A stretch of 64,000 nt of DNA from the NCBI GenBank assembly GCA_029781975.1, contig JAKOVQ010000010.1:234375-298374 (forward strand). The letters are read 5' to 3'. The DNA comes from Acidobacteriota bacterium (GTDB lineage: Bacteria > Acidobacteriota > Thermoanaerobaculia > UBA5066). The position numbers were made by a program, and so were the translations under genes. Below are positions 17,332-26,844 of the stretch, in pieces (position 1 is the first letter of the stretch; each line of letters starts with the position of its first letter). The notes under the pieces were generated by a model. The model saw nothing but the letters and a program-made list of their open reading frames with translations, was not told the origin of the DNA and did no database searches.

Positions 17332-18234
17332 ATGCCGGCACCCCTCCGCCCGCGCGCCGCCTCGACGGCCCTCACGCTCCTCGTCGCCTCCCTTGGCTTC
17401 CCTCTCCCCGCCCGCGCCGTCGACCCGACGCCCGTGGTAAGGAAGGCGGCCGAGGAGCAGCGCGAGACCGAACGGAAGGCGGGGCGCCTCGCCTACGAGA
17501 GGACCGAGGTCCAGGTGGAGCTCGGCTCCGACGGCACGCGGGAAAAGACGGAGCGGAAGCTCTTCACCGTCGTCTCGGACGGGCCGGACGTCGTCCTGCG
17601 CGAGCTGGTGGCGGTCGACGGACGCCCCGCGGCCGAGGACGAGAAGGAGCGCGCCCGCCGCGAGAACGAGAAGCGGCAGCGCCGGTGGGAGGAGTCGCGC
17701 GGGAATGGGGGCGACGACTCGGACGAGCTGATGTCGGGCCGCCTCCCGCTCCTCGACCTCCTCGGGAGGCTCCAGTTCCACTACGCCGGAGAGGTGGTCG
17801 TCGACGGCCGCCCCACCTACCTCGTGGAGTTCGAGCCGAAGCCGGGGCTCGTCTCGCACGGCATCCGCGACAGGGTCCTCAACAACTTCGCGGGGCGCGC
17901 CTGGATCGACGCGGCCGAGGGACAGGTCACCCGGATCGACGGCCACCTCACGAAGGAGGTGAAGGTCCTCGGCGGGGCGGCCCTCGACATCTCGAGCGTG
18001 AGGATCGTCTACGAGGGGCACGCCGCCCTCCCGGGCCTCTGGGCGCCGTGCCGGGAGGAGATCCGGATCTCCGCCCGCGCCGGCTTCTTCCTCGCGTTCA
18101 ACCGGGAGTTCCGGTTCGAGTTCGCCAACTACCGGCGGCTCGGCAGGGAGCCGACCGAGGCGGCGATGGCAGCGGCCTGGCCCTCTCAGGTCAGCGGCCG
18201 CTCCTCGGCGGAGGCTCGCGGGACCAGGAGGTGA
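17332..18234 (+). CDS. Hypothetical secreted protein (signal peptide; possibly a LolA/RseB-like fold)
   Basis: Signal peptide MPAPLRPRAASTALTLLVASLGFPLPARA. A Lys/Glu-rich region precedes a beta-rich C-terminus (YLVEFEPKPG…VRIVYEGHAALPGLW). It is closely linked to the halogenase, 8-nt gap. The fold call is speculative. Confidence 0.5.
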   Translation: MPAPLRPRAASTALTLLVASLGFPLPARAVDPTPVVRKAAEEQRETERKAGRLAYERTEVQVELGSDGTREKTERKLFTVVSDGPDVVLRELVAVDGRPAAEDEKERARRENEKRQRRWEESRGNGGDDSDELMSGRLPLLDLLGRLQFHYAGEVVVDGRPTYLVEFEPKPGLVSHGIRDRVLNNFAGRAWIDAAEGQVTRIDGHLTKEVKVLGGAALDISSVRIVYEGHAALPGLWAPCREEIRISARAGFFLAFNREFRFEFANYRRLGREPTEAAMAAAWPSQVSGRSSAEARGTRR

Positions 18235-18267
18235 GCGTTCGGGGGGCCGCGGCGCGCTGAGGCGCCG

Positions 18268-19845
18268 TCAGCCCGGCGAGCCGCTCGCCGCCAGGAGCGC
18301 CCGGACCGCGTCCTTCCTCACCTTCCCCATCGCGTTGCGCGGCAGGTCGCCGACGAAGGCGACCCGCCGCGGCTTCTTGTAGGGCGCGAGGCTCGCGCGG
18401 CAGAGGGAGACGAGGTCGGCCTCGAGCGCGGCTCGCGCCGCGTCCGACGTCGACGGGTCGCGAAGGACGACGGCCGCGGCGACGCATTCGCCCAGGTCGG
18501 CGTCGGGAAGGCCGACGACGGCGGCGTCCTCGACGGCGGGGTGGCCTCGGAGGACGTCCTCGACCTCGCGCGGGTAGACGTTGAAGCCGCCGGTGATGAT
18601 CAGGTCGTGCGCCCGGCCCGTCAGCGTGACGTAGCCGTCGGCGCTCCGCCAGCCGAGGTCCCCCGTCCGGAACCAGCCGTCGGGGTCGAACGCCTCGGCC
18701 GTCGCGTCGGGCCGGCGCCAGTAGCCGCGGAAGACGTTCGGGCCGCGGACCTCCACCTCTCCCACCTCCCCGTCGGGGAGCGGCGCGCGCGTCGCCCGGT
18801 CGACGATCCGCGCCTCCTGCCCCGGGAACGGCAACCCGACGGTCCCCGCGCGCCGCTCGCCGTCGTACGGGTTCGTCAGGTTCATCCCGGTCTCGGTCAT
18901 GCCGTACCGCTCGAGGATCCGCTGGCCGGCCGCCTCCTCGAACCGGCGGAAGGTTTCGGGAGAGAGCGGGGCCGAGCCCGAGACCCAGAGCCTGAGGCGC
19001 GGCAACGCGACGCCGCGCTCCCGCGCCTCGTCGAGGAGCCTCGCGTACATCGTCGGGACGCCGAAGAACATCGTCGGCGGCGGGAGGGCCCCGAGCGCCT
19101 CGAGGACCTCCGCGGCGTCGAAGCGGCGGCGGAGGTCGATCGCCCCGCCCGCGACGAGCGACCCGACGACGCCGACGCAGAGGCCGTGGACGTGGAAGAG
19201 GGGAAGGGTCAGGAGGAGGCGGTCCGCCTCCGTCCAGCGCCACGCCGCGACCACCGCCGCCGCGTTCGCGGTCAGGTTGGCGTGAGCGAGCATCGCCCCC
19301 TTCGACCGTCCCGTCGTCCCGGACGTGTAGGCGACGAGGGCGAGGTCGTCAGGGCGCGGCCCGCCGTCCGCGACCGCGGCTGACGTCGCGGCCGTTGCGG
19401 CCGTTGCTGCCCTTGCGGCCGTCGCGGCCGCTGCGCCCTCGCTCTCTTCCGCCACGCGCGGGTCGAGGATCGGGAGGAGGGGGGCGAGGCCCGCCGCTTC
19501 CGCCGCGGACGGGTCGGCCACGGCGAGGGCGGCGGCGGAGTCGGCGACGAGGTGGGTCAGCTCCCCCGCGCGGTACTGCGTGTTCAGGGGGACGACCGCC
19601 GCGCGGCGCGCGTGCGTTCCGAGGAACGCGGCGACGTACGACGGTCCGTTCGGGAGGAAGAGGGCGACCCGGTCGCCCGGGCCGACCCCGCGCTCGGCGA
19701 GGGCGGCCGCGAAGGCGAGCGCTCGGGCGCGGAGCGCACCGAACGTCAGGGTCGTCCCCTCGAACGAGAGGAACGGCGCCCCTTCGCGCGCGGCGCTCGC
19801 TCGCTCGAGAGCCTCCCAGGTCGAGGCGGGGCGGCTCCGGGTCAC
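18268..19845 (-). CDS. AMP-dependent synthetase/ligase (acyl/aryl-CoA ligase, class I adenylate-forming enzyme)
   Basis: AMP-binding P-loop YTSGTTGRSKG; YGMTETG; GWFRTGDLG; the invariant Lys in PRNAMGKVRK near the C-terminus. Confidence 0.85.
   Translation of the reverse strand: MTRSRPASTWEALERASAAREGAPFLSFEGTTLTFGALRARALAFAAALAERGVGPGDRVALFLPNGPSYVAAFLGTHARRAAVVPLNTQYRAGELTHLVADSAAALAVADPSAAEAAGLAPLLPILDPRVAEESEGAAAATAARAATAATAATSAAVADGGPRPDDLALVAYTSGTTGRSKGAMLAHANLTANAAAVVAAWRWTEADRLLLTLPLFHVHGLCVGVVGSLVAGGAIDLRRRFDAAEVLEALGALPPPTMFFGVPTMYARLLDEARERGVALPRLRLWVSGSAPLSPETFRRFEEAAGQRILERYGMTETGMNLTNPYDGERRAGTVGLPFPGQEARIVDRATRAPLPDGEVGEVEVRGPNVFRGYWRRPDATAEAFDPDGWFRTGDLGWRSADGYVTLTGRAHDLIITGGFNVYPREVEDVLRGHPAVEDAAVVGLPDADLGECVAAAVVLRDPSTSDAARAALEADLVSLCRASLAPYKKPRRVAFVGDLPRNAMGKVRKDAVRALLAASGSPG
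19388..19432. repeat. Imperfect 9-bp tandem repeat, about 5 copies (gcggccgtt / gctgccctt / gcggccgtc), inside the AMP-ligase CDS
   Basis: Seen at nucleotide level. It encodes an Ala/Thr-rich insertion, AAATAARAATAATAATSAA, immediately N-terminal to the AMP-binding P-loop. Confidence 0.6.
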
Positions 19846-19896
19846 CCTCCGATCATCCTGCGCCCGCGCCCGGGGAGCCAGGCGACGCGAAAGGCG

Positions 19897-21234
19897 TCAG
19901 CTCCCGCCCCGCCACCGCTTGAACCGGTCGAGGACGCCCGGAGGCTTCACCCGCCCGGCAGCGTCCCGCTCGTAGTCGACGATGCCGCGGAGGACCTCCT
20001 CCTCCGGCCAGAAGCCGAAGCGGTAGGTCCAGCGATCGTCCGGGGACGACGGCGGCAGGGAGTCGTACAGGCGGTAGTGCTGCCCGGAGAAGAGGAGCGC
20101 CATCCCGGGCTGCCACTCGGGCCTCTCCTCGGCCACCTCCAGGACGAGCGCCCATTCGGTCTCCTCGGCGTCGTCCTCCACCGCCACGTCGCCCGTCGGG
20201 AGGCGCCGGCGGCGGAGGTGCCCCGCGGCGCGCGGCCGCCGGAGCGCCCCGGCCAGCTCGGCCGCGCTGCCGAAGCGGCGGGACCGGTCCTTCTCGAGGC
20301 AGGTCTGGACGATCCGGTCGAGCCAGGCCGGGACCTCGCCGCGCAGCGAGCGGACGAGCGGCGGCGGCTCGTTCCGGTGCTTCATCGCCACCGCCATCGG
20401 CGTGTCGCCGCCGAACGGGGGCGAGCCGGTCAGGAGCTCGAAGAGGACGACGCCGAGCGAGTAGACGTCGCTCCTCGCGTCGACGCGCGCGCTCTCGAAT
20501 TGCTCGGGAGACATGTACTCGGGCGTCCCCAGCGTCACGCCGGTGGCCGTGATGGTGCCGCCGCCGACCCCGACCCGCCGGGCGATGCCGAAGTCGACGA
20601 GCTTCACCGAGCCGTCCCGCGCGAGCATCACGTTCTGGGGCTTCACGTCTCGGTGGACGATGCCGGCGGCGTGCGCCGCGCCGAGCGCGTCGGCAACCGT
20701 CGCCACGAGGGCCGCCGCCTCCGCGGGGGGCCACGGCCCGCGGCGCCGGATCTCCTCCTTGAGGTCGGTGCCGTCGACCAGGTCCGAGACGTAGTAGGCC
20801 TCCCCGTCCGAGGTCCCGAAGTCGTGGATGGACGGGATCCCGCCGTGGCGGATCCGGGCGAGGAGGCCCGCCTCGCGCTGGAACCTCTCGAGCCCCCCGG
20901 GCTCGTCGCGGATCGCCGCGTGGAGGACCTTCAGCGCCTTCGGCCGGCGGTCGTCCCCCTCGTCGCTCACGCGGTAGACCGTCCCCATCCCGCCGCGCCC
21001 CAGGAACGCCTCGACTCGGTAGCGCCCGGCAAAGAGCTCGCCCGCCGCCTTCCGGTCCCCGCCTGGTCGAGGAGGAGGCGGAGAGGCGGCATGACCCTCG
21101 CCGTAGGGAAGCGTCGGCGCCTCCTCGGTCGAGGCCGAGGAGATCCCGGCGGGGAGGCCGGGCCCTTCCCCGCAGAGGGGGCAGGCCCCCTCCCCCGGAT
21201 AACCCTCGAAGCCGCACGACGGGCAGGCGCTCAT
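19897..21234 (-). CDS. Hanks-type Ser/Thr protein kinase with an N-terminal Cys4 zinc ribbon
   Basis: CPSCG…CPLCG at the N-terminus. Kinase motifs GRGGMGTVY, ALKVL, HRDVKPQNVML, DFGIA, GTPEYMSPE. Confidence 0.85.
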   Translation of the reverse strand: MSACPSCGFEGYPGEGACPLCGEGPGLPAGISSASTEEAPTLPYGEGHAASPPPPRPGGDRKAAGELFAGRYRVEAFLGRGGMGTVYRVSDEGDDRRPKALKVLHAAIRDEPGGLERFQREAGLLARIRHGGIPSIHDFGTSDGEAYYVSDLVDGTDLKEEIRRRGPWPPAEAAALVATVADALGAAHAAGIVHRDVKPQNVMLARDGSVKLVDFGIARRVGVGGGTITATGVTLGTPEYMSPEQFESARVDARSDVYSLGVVLFELLTGSPPFGGDTPMAVAMKHRNEPPPLVRSLRGEVPAWLDRIVQTCLEKDRSRRFGSAAELAGALRRPRAAGHLRRRRLPTGDVAVEDDAEETEWALVLEVAEERPEWQPGMALLFSGQHYRLYDSLPPSSPDDRWTYRFGFWPEEEVLRGIVDYERDAAGRVKPPGVLDRFKRWRGGS

Positions 21235-21299
21235 CTTCTGTTACCGGGGAACCATTCTAGGCGCGGGGCGCGCAGGCCGGAGCTTACGATCCGCGAACG

Positions 21300-22091
21300 A
21301 TGCTCCTCTCCCGCTGGCGCTACTACCTCGGCTCGGTGCCGCTCCTCCTCGCCGGGAGCCGCCGGCCGATCGGGACCGGGGCGAGGCTCCTCGCGCCGGG
21401 CCGCCGCGCCCCGGTCCTCTGGGAGCTGCGCGAGGGGCCCGCGTTCGCGGTCCGGTCGGCGCTCGACGTCTGGGTGGTGAAGGAGACGTGGCTCGACCGC
21501 TTCTACGACCGGCACGGCGTCCCGGTCGAGGACGGCTGGAGCGTCCTCGACGTCGGCGCCGGGCTCGGCGACTACACGCTCCTCGCGGCCACCCGCTCGC
21601 CGCGCGGCCGAGTCGTCGCCTTCGAGCCCGACCCCGCCTCGTTCGCCCTCCTCGAGGCGAACGTCGCCCGCGCGGGCGCGGGCAACGTGACCCTCCACCG
21701 GGCCGCGCTCGGGGCTCCGGGGCAGACGCTGAGGCTGGAGGAGGGCGCGCGCGCCCCGGTCCGCGCCCGGACGGTCGAGGCGCCCGCGGCCGGCCCGGGC
21801 CCTTCGGTCCCGACCCTCTCCCTCGAGGAGGCGCTCGACGGGGCGGGGCTCGCGGCGTGCGACCTCGTCAAGCTCGACTGCGAGGGGGCGGAGGTCGGGA
21901 TCCTCCTCGCGGCCTCGACCGCGACGCTCCGCCGCGTCCGCCACTTCGTCCTCGAGACCCACGACCTCGGAGCGGGACCGGGCCCGCGGGAGCTCGCAGA
22001 GAGGCTCGCCGCCGACGGCTTCGAGGTGCGGAGGACCCCCAACCCGGCCTGGAGCTTCCTCGGCTGGCTCCATGCGCGCCGCCTCGACTGA
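21300..22091 (+). CDS. FkbM-family SAM-dependent methyltransferase
   Basis: SAM motif LDVGAGLGDYTL; FkbM signature LVKLDCEGAEVGIL. Confidence 0.7.
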   Translation: MLLSRWRYYLGSVPLLLAGSRRPIGTGARLLAPGRRAPVLWELREGPAFAVRSALDVWVVKETWLDRFYDRHGVPVEDGWSVLDVGAGLGDYTLLAATRSPRGRVVAFEPDPASFALLEANVARAGAGNVTLHRAALGAPGQTLRLEEGARAPVRARTVEAPAAGPGPSVPTLSLEEALDGAGLAACDLVKLDCEGAEVGILLAASTATLRRVRHFVLETHDLGAGPGPRELAERLAADGFEVRRTPNPAWSFLGWLHARRLD

Positions 22092-22109
22092 GGGGCCGCG
22101 TCGCGTTCC

Positions 22110-22802
22110 TCAGCGGCCGAGCTTCTTCTCCAGGCGCCGCGCCGCCTTCTTCGCGGCCTCCAGGATCCCCTCCCTCTCGGGCCCCGTCTCCTCGTCCTCG
22201 GAGCGCCTCAGGGTGGCGGTCCCGGTGACGTCCTCCGTCAGGCGCTGGCGCCCGGTGACCTCCTCCACCGCCCGGAGCGACGCGGTGCAGGAGACCGAGA
22301 CGTCGACGATGGTCCGCTGGTACGGGTACCCGTCAGGGGTCGTGTCCCTCATCGTGAAGGAGTGCGCCTTCACCTGACAGGGGGCGAGGTCGACCGAGAG
22401 GAGGTACTCCCCGGGCCACTCCGCGCGGAACGCCCGTGCGGCGGAGCCGTCGGGATCGGCCGCGAGGACGCCGAGCCGCGCTCCCGCGAGGCGCGCGTCG
22501 ACGATGGAGACCTTCTGCCTGTCGCTCGCCTCCGACTGGAGGTGGGAGATGAACGCGTCGAGGTCGTCCTCGTCGCCCTGGGCGTCGACGAGGACGACGC
22601 GGACGGGGCCGGAGGCGGCGCGGGTCGGCGCGGGCGCGGGCGTCGCAGGAGCGGGCGTCGCGGGAGCCGAGGTCGCGGCGGGCGGGGCCGTGGGAGCCGG
22701 GGTGGGGGGAGGGGTCGCCGCGAGGGCGGCGGAGCCGACGAGGGCGGCGAACGAGGTGAACCACGCCACGACGGCCAGCGGGGGTCGGCGGGTCGGCTTC
22801 AT
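22110..22802 (-). CDS. Hypothetical secreted protein with a Pro/Thr/Ala-rich linker
   Basis: Signal peptide MKPTRRPPLAVVAWFTSFAALVGSAALA, then ATPPPTPAPTAPPAATSAPATPAPATPAPAPT, then a globular C-terminus. No recognisable motif. Confidence 0.45.
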   Translation of the reverse strand: MKPTRRPPLAVVAWFTSFAALVGSAALAATPPPTPAPTAPPAATSAPATPAPATPAPAPTRAASGPVRVVLVDAQGDEDDLDAFISHLQSEASDRQKVSIVDARLAGARLGVLAADPDGSAARAFRAEWPGEYLLSVDLAPCQVKAHSFTMRDTTPDGYPYQRTIVDVSVSCTASLRAVEEVTGRQRLTEDVTGTATLRRSEDEETGPEREGILEAAKKAARRLEKKLGR

Positions 22803-22851
22803 GCCGGCGAGCGTACCGGAATCCGCCCGACCGGGTCCCGTCCGGGGAGGC

Positions 22852-23985
22852 TCACCGGGCTCTCTCGCCGTGCGCCCCCCAGCGCGGCGACGGGAAGCCC
22901 TCGCCGAGGAGCTCCCCCGACGCGCCGAACCTCACGACGTAGGTGAACGGGTCGATCGCCCCCGCGAGGTGCCCGAACCTCAGGTCGCGCAGCTCCACCG
23001 TGACCCCTCCGTCGGGACGGGGCTCGGAGCGGGCCGCCGGGAAGCGCGCGAACCGTCCGAAGACCCCCTTCTCCCCCTCCACGAGGGCCCGCATCGAGAG
23101 GGGGCCGTCGGCCTTCGCGACGTCCTGCGGCCGGAGGGCGTCGGGCGAGGCGAAGAGGCCGTCGAGGTGGCGGAGGGCCGCGAGCGGCCCGGCCTCGCCG
23201 GAGGTCAGCCGGGAGAGGGAGTCGACGCCCCCCGCGACGCGCGGCGGAGAGGCCGTCCGGGAGAGGTCGACGAAGGCGGAGCGGACCCGCGCGCCGTCGT
23301 CCGAGAGGAGGAGCCAGCGGAACGGCGAGAGGGGCTGGGGGATGGCGGCCCGCGCCACGGCCCCCGGGAGCGCGATCGTCTCCCCCACGGCGAGGGCCCG
23401 GCCGTGCTGGACTCCGCAGAACGCGATGTATGCCGTGGCCGCCAGCGCGCCGGCCGTCGCGGCGAGGCGGGCGGAGCGCGGCCCCTGGCGGCGCCCCGCG
23501 GCTCGCGTGGCGAGGAGGCCGAGCGCGAGGAGGCCCGACAGGACGAGGTCGACGATGAAGACCCAGTCCAGGGAGTACCGCTCCCACGAGAGCGGCGAAA
23601 AGAACATCGTCCCCCACGACGTGATCCAGTCGAGGAGGACGTGGGACGCCAGCCCGACCGCCGAGACGAGCGAGAGACGGAGGAACGCCGCCCTTCGCCC
23701 TGGCGGCCCGCTCCCCCCCCGGGCGACGCCCCACGTCGCGACCACGCCGATCAGGAGCGCCCAGAGCGGCAGGAGGACGAACGAGTGCGAGAGCCCCCGG
23801 TGGTGGGTGATGTAGAAGTCCGCCGAGAAGGGGGAGAGGAGGGCGTCGAGGTCGGGCGCCATCGCCGCCGCGAAGCCGGTCCAGGCCTCGCGGCGGCGGA
23901 GCGCCGCCGCGAGCCCCTCGTCCCGGGGGGGCGGGAGCGCGCGCGCCAGGAGGGCGCCGGCCAGGCCGTGGGTGAGGGTATCCAT
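22852..23985 (-). CDS. Membrane-bound metal-dependent hydrolase (DUF457/YdjM-like) with a C-terminal extension
   Basis: The N-terminus MDTLTHGLAGALLARAL is typical of DUF457; several TM segments. The start was taken at the ATG at 23985, the complement of cat at 23983-23985. The longer track ORF, starting at 24540, adds a low-complexity GVG-rich sequence. Confidence 0.6.
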   Translation of the reverse strand: MDTLTHGLAGALLARALPPPRDEGLAAALRRREAWTGFAAAMAPDLDALLSPFSADFYITHHRGLSHSFVLLPLWALLIGVVATWGVARGGSGPPGRRAAFLRLSLVSAVGLASHVLLDWITSWGTMFFSPLSWERYSLDWVFIVDLVLSGLLALGLLATRAAGRRQGPRSARLAATAGALAATAYIAFCGVQHGRALAVGETIALPGAVARAAIPQPLSPFRWLLLSDDGARVRSAFVDLSRTASPPRVAGGVDSLSRLTSGEAGPLAALRHLDGLFASPDALRPQDVAKADGPLSMRALVEGEKGVFGRFARFPAARSEPRPDGGVTVELRDLRFGHLAGAIDPFTYVVRFGASGELLGEGFPSPRWGAHGERAR

Positions 23986-24022
23986 CGTCTCCCGGTCGCG
24001 GACGATACGCCCGGCTATCCTC

Positions 24023-26053
24023 ATGCGGATGCCGACACCGCTCCGATTCGCCGCCGGCCCCTTCGCCCTCGCCCTCCTCGCCGTCGTCGGCCTGGCCGGC
24101 GCTCGGGTCGCGCGCGGAGAAGAGCCGGCGGCGCCCGCGCCTTCGGGCGCGCCGACGGAGACGCCCGCGCCGACGCCCACCCCGACGCCGACCCCGGCAC
24201 CGACGCCAGCTTCGATACCGGCCCAGACGCCGACTCCGGCCCCGCCCGCGACGCCCGTCCCGCCCGTGCCGGCCCTGACGCCCGTGACCGCCGAAGTCGT
24301 CGCGGTCGCGACCCGGCTCGGCAGGGAGACCGAGGCGACGACGGTGAGGACCATCACGCGGGCCGAGATCGAGCACCTCCCCGTCCGGTCGGTCCCCGAG
24401 CTCCTCGCCACGCTGCCCGGCCTCGACGTGAGGCGCCGAGGCGCCGGGGGGGTCCAGGCCGACGTCGGGATCCGCGGCGCCGACTTCAACGGGACGCTCG
24501 TCCTCGTCGACGGCGAGCCGATGAACGACCCGCAGACCAACCACCACGCCTTCGACCTCGACGTCCCGCTCGACGCCGTCGAGCGGGTCGAGGTCCTATC
24601 CGGCGCTTCGTCGGCGCTCTACGGGACGGACGCGGTCGGCGGGGTCGTGAACATCGTGACCCGCGGAGCGAACCTCGGCCGCGCGCGGGCGCAGCTGGAG
24701 GGGCGGTACGCCCACGGGACCCAGTCGCGCGACGAGGGGGGGCTCCGGATCGCCTCGAAGCTGGGCGACGTCTTCACCGTCGCGGCCGACGCGTGGCGCG
24801 CCGAGTCGAGCGGCTTCCGCGACGACACCGAGTACGCGAACGACTCGCTCCACGCCACCCTGCGCGCCGACACGGGGGCAGGCCCGATCACCCTCTCGGC
24901 GGGGAGCGCGACGCGCGACTTCGGCGCCTACGCGTTCTACGGCACGCTCTACCCCGACCAGAAGGAGAAGACGCGGGTGAGGACCGCCCGCCTCGCGGCC
25001 GAGCTCCGCGCCGGGGCGTGGACCCTCGCCCCGTCGGTCTCCCTCCGCGACCACCACGACGACTTCGTCCTCGACCGGGCGAACCCGTCCTTCTACCGGA
25101 ACGTCACCGACACGAGCACCCTCACGGCCCGGGCGGTCGCCTCGCGTCCCCTCCTCGGCGGGACGCTCGCGTTCGGGGTCGAGGGGGGGAGCGACAGCGT
25201 CGACTCCACCGGCCTCGGAAGCCACGACCGCTCGCACGCGGCGCTCTTCTTCGAGGCGGGAGGGGCGTTCGCCCCGTCCCGGCCGGAGAAGGGGGGCTTC
25301 CGCGTGGGGCTGCGGGGAGATCGCTGGGACGACTACGGCTCCCGCCTCTCGCCGATGGCGGCGCTGTGGGCCTCGCCCGCCCGCGGGCTGAGGCTCCGCG
25401 CCTCCGTCGGGACCGCCTTCCGGGTCCCCACCTACACCGAGCTCTACTACCGGGACCCCCAGAGCGTCGGCAACCCGGACCTCTCCCCGGAGAGGGCGGT
25501 CAACATCGAGGGGGGCGTCACGTTCGACGCCGGCCCCGTCCGCCTCGACGCGGCGCTCTTCAAGCGCAGGGGACGCGACCTGATCGACTTCGTCCGCTCC
25601 TCGCCGTCGGAGCCGGCCGTCGCGCGGAACGTGAGGCAGGCGGACGTCTGGGGGATCGAGGCGACCGCCGAGCTCCTGCCCGAGCGGCTGGCCCGGACGC
25701 CGCTGACGCGCCTCGCGCTGGGCGCCACCTACCTCTTCCCCGACCTCGGCGGCCTCGAGGGGCTCACCGGCCGGTACGTCCTCGACCCGCCGCACGTCAA
25801 GTGGGACCTCCTGGCGGGAGGACGCCTCGTGCCGCGCCTCAACGCCCTCGCGCGCCTCTCGTACCTCTCGCGTCCGAGCTGGAGCGATTCCGTCGTCCTC
25901 CTCGACGCGAGGCTCGGGTTCGACCTCCTGGAGGGGAACGTCCTCGAGACGTACGTCGAAGGAGAGAACCTCGGCGGCGTCACGTACGAGGAGCGGCCCG
26001 GCGTCCCGCTCCCGGGCCGGACCGTCGCCGGCGGCTTCCGCTTCACCTGGTAG
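24023..26053 (+). CDS. TonB-dependent outer-membrane receptor with a Pro/Thr-rich N-terminal linker
   Basis: Signal peptide MRMPTPLRFAAGPFALALLAVVGLAGARVARG. A PT-rich tract TPAPTPTPTPTPAPTP… precedes plug-domain motifs (ITRAEIEHLPVRSVPELLATLPGLDV, GVGGVVNIVTR). The C-terminus ends in an aromatic residue: …GGFRFTW. Confidence 0.8.
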   Translation: MRMPTPLRFAAGPFALALLAVVGLAGARVARGEEPAAPAPSGAPTETPAPTPTPTPTPAPTPASIPAQTPTPAPPATPVPPVPALTPVTAEVVAVATRLGRETEATTVRTITRAEIEHLPVRSVPELLATLPGLDVRRRGAGGVQADVGIRGADFNGTLVLVDGEPMNDPQTNHHAFDLDVPLDAVERVEVLSGASSALYGTDAVGGVVNIVTRGANLGRARAQLEGRYAHGTQSRDEGGLRIASKLGDVFTVAADAWRAESSGFRDDTEYANDSLHATLRADTGAGPITLSAGSATRDFGAYAFYGTLYPDQKEKTRVRTARLAAELRAGAWTLAPSVSLRDHHDDFVLDRANPSFYRNVTDTSTLTARAVASRPLLGGTLAFGVEGGSDSVDSTGLGSHDRSHAALFFEAGGAFAPSRPEKGGFRVGLRGDRWDDYGSRLSPMAALWASPARGLRLRASVGTAFRVPTYTELYYRDPQSVGNPDLSPERAVNIEGGVTFDAGPVRLDAALFKRRGRDLIDFVRSSPSEPAVARNVRQADVWGIEATAELLPERLARTPLTRLALGATYLFPDLGGLEGLTGRYVLDPPHVKWDLLAGGRLVPRLNALARLSYLSRPSWSDSVVLLDARLGFDLLEGNVLETYVEGENLGGVTYEERPGVPLPGRTVAGGFRFTW

Positions 26054-26133
26054 GTCGGACCCCCGAGCATCCGGGACCTTTCCAACCCGCCCGCGGATCC
26101 CTACACTCCGAGCGGGGGGACTGTCGGGGCTCG

Positions 26134-26826
26134 ATGCACAAGATCCTGCTGGTCGACGACGCGAGGCACTTCCTCGACCTGGAGGCGTCCTTCCTCCAGC
26201 GCGCCGAGTGCCGGATCCTGACGGCGTCGACGGGGCTCGAGGCGGTCCGCGTCGCCCGCGCCGACCGCCCCGACCTGATCGTCCTCGACATCGAGATGCC
26301 CGAGATGAACGGGATCCAGGCCTGCCGGATCCTCAAGGGGGACGCGGCGACCCAGGCGATCCCGATCGTGATCCTCACCTCCATGCAGATGGAGGACGAA
26401 GCCCGCAGGGCCGGGGCGGACCACTTCCTGAGGAAGCCGATCGACGAGCCGCGCTTCCTCGCGGAGGTGCGGAAGTTCCTCCCGATCGTCGAGCGGAGCG
26501 ACCCGCGGGTCCCCGCCTCGCTCGCCCTCGCCACCTGGCGAGGGGGAGAGCCGGGGGAGGCGCACCTCGTCAACCTCTCGCGGACGGGCTTCTACGCCAC
26601 CAGCCCCGCTCCGCCCCCGGTCGGGTCGCGGCTCGAGGTCTCGTTCACGCTCCCGGGGGGGAACCCCGGCAAGCTCATCTCGGCCGAGGTCCTGGTGGTG
26701 AGGGTCGGCGCCGACGGGGCCGGCTTCGCCGCGCGCTTCTTCCGGATCTCCTCGGGCGCCCGCCTCTTCGTCGACGAGTTCGTCGAGAAGGGGATCCCCT
26801 CGGTCCGCCCGGCGCCGGTCCCCTGA
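26134..26826 (+). CDS. Response regulator: CheY-like receiver domain fused to a C-terminal PilZ-like domain
   Basis: MHKILLVDDARHFLDLE…DLIVLDIEMPEMNG (the phospho-acceptor Asp in LIVLD)…ILTS…FLRKP. The C-terminus …HLVNLSRTGFYATSP…GSRLEVSF…GADGAGFAARF resembles PilZ. This is the tail of the spurious track ORF 22504..26826. Confidence 0.65.
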   Translation: MHKILLVDDARHFLDLEASFLQRAECRILTASTGLEAVRVARADRPDLIVLDIEMPEMNGIQACRILKGDAATQAIPIVILTSMQMEDEARRAGADHFLRKPIDEPRFLAEVRKFLPIVERSDPRVPASLALATWRGGEPGEAHLVNLSRTGFYATSPAPPPVGSRLEVSFTLPGGNPGKLISAEVLVVRVGADGAGFAARFFRISSGARLFVDEFVEKGIPSVRPAPVP

Positions 26827-26844
26827 GTCCCCCGGCTCGCCGCG

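Noticed and set aside
22504-26826. A 1,440-codon plus-strand ORF spanning the hydrolase and TonB receptor genes
   Set aside because: Only its last 230 codons (26134..26826) form a real gene, the REC-PilZ response regulator. The rest is low-complexity and antisense or out of frame to well-supported genes.
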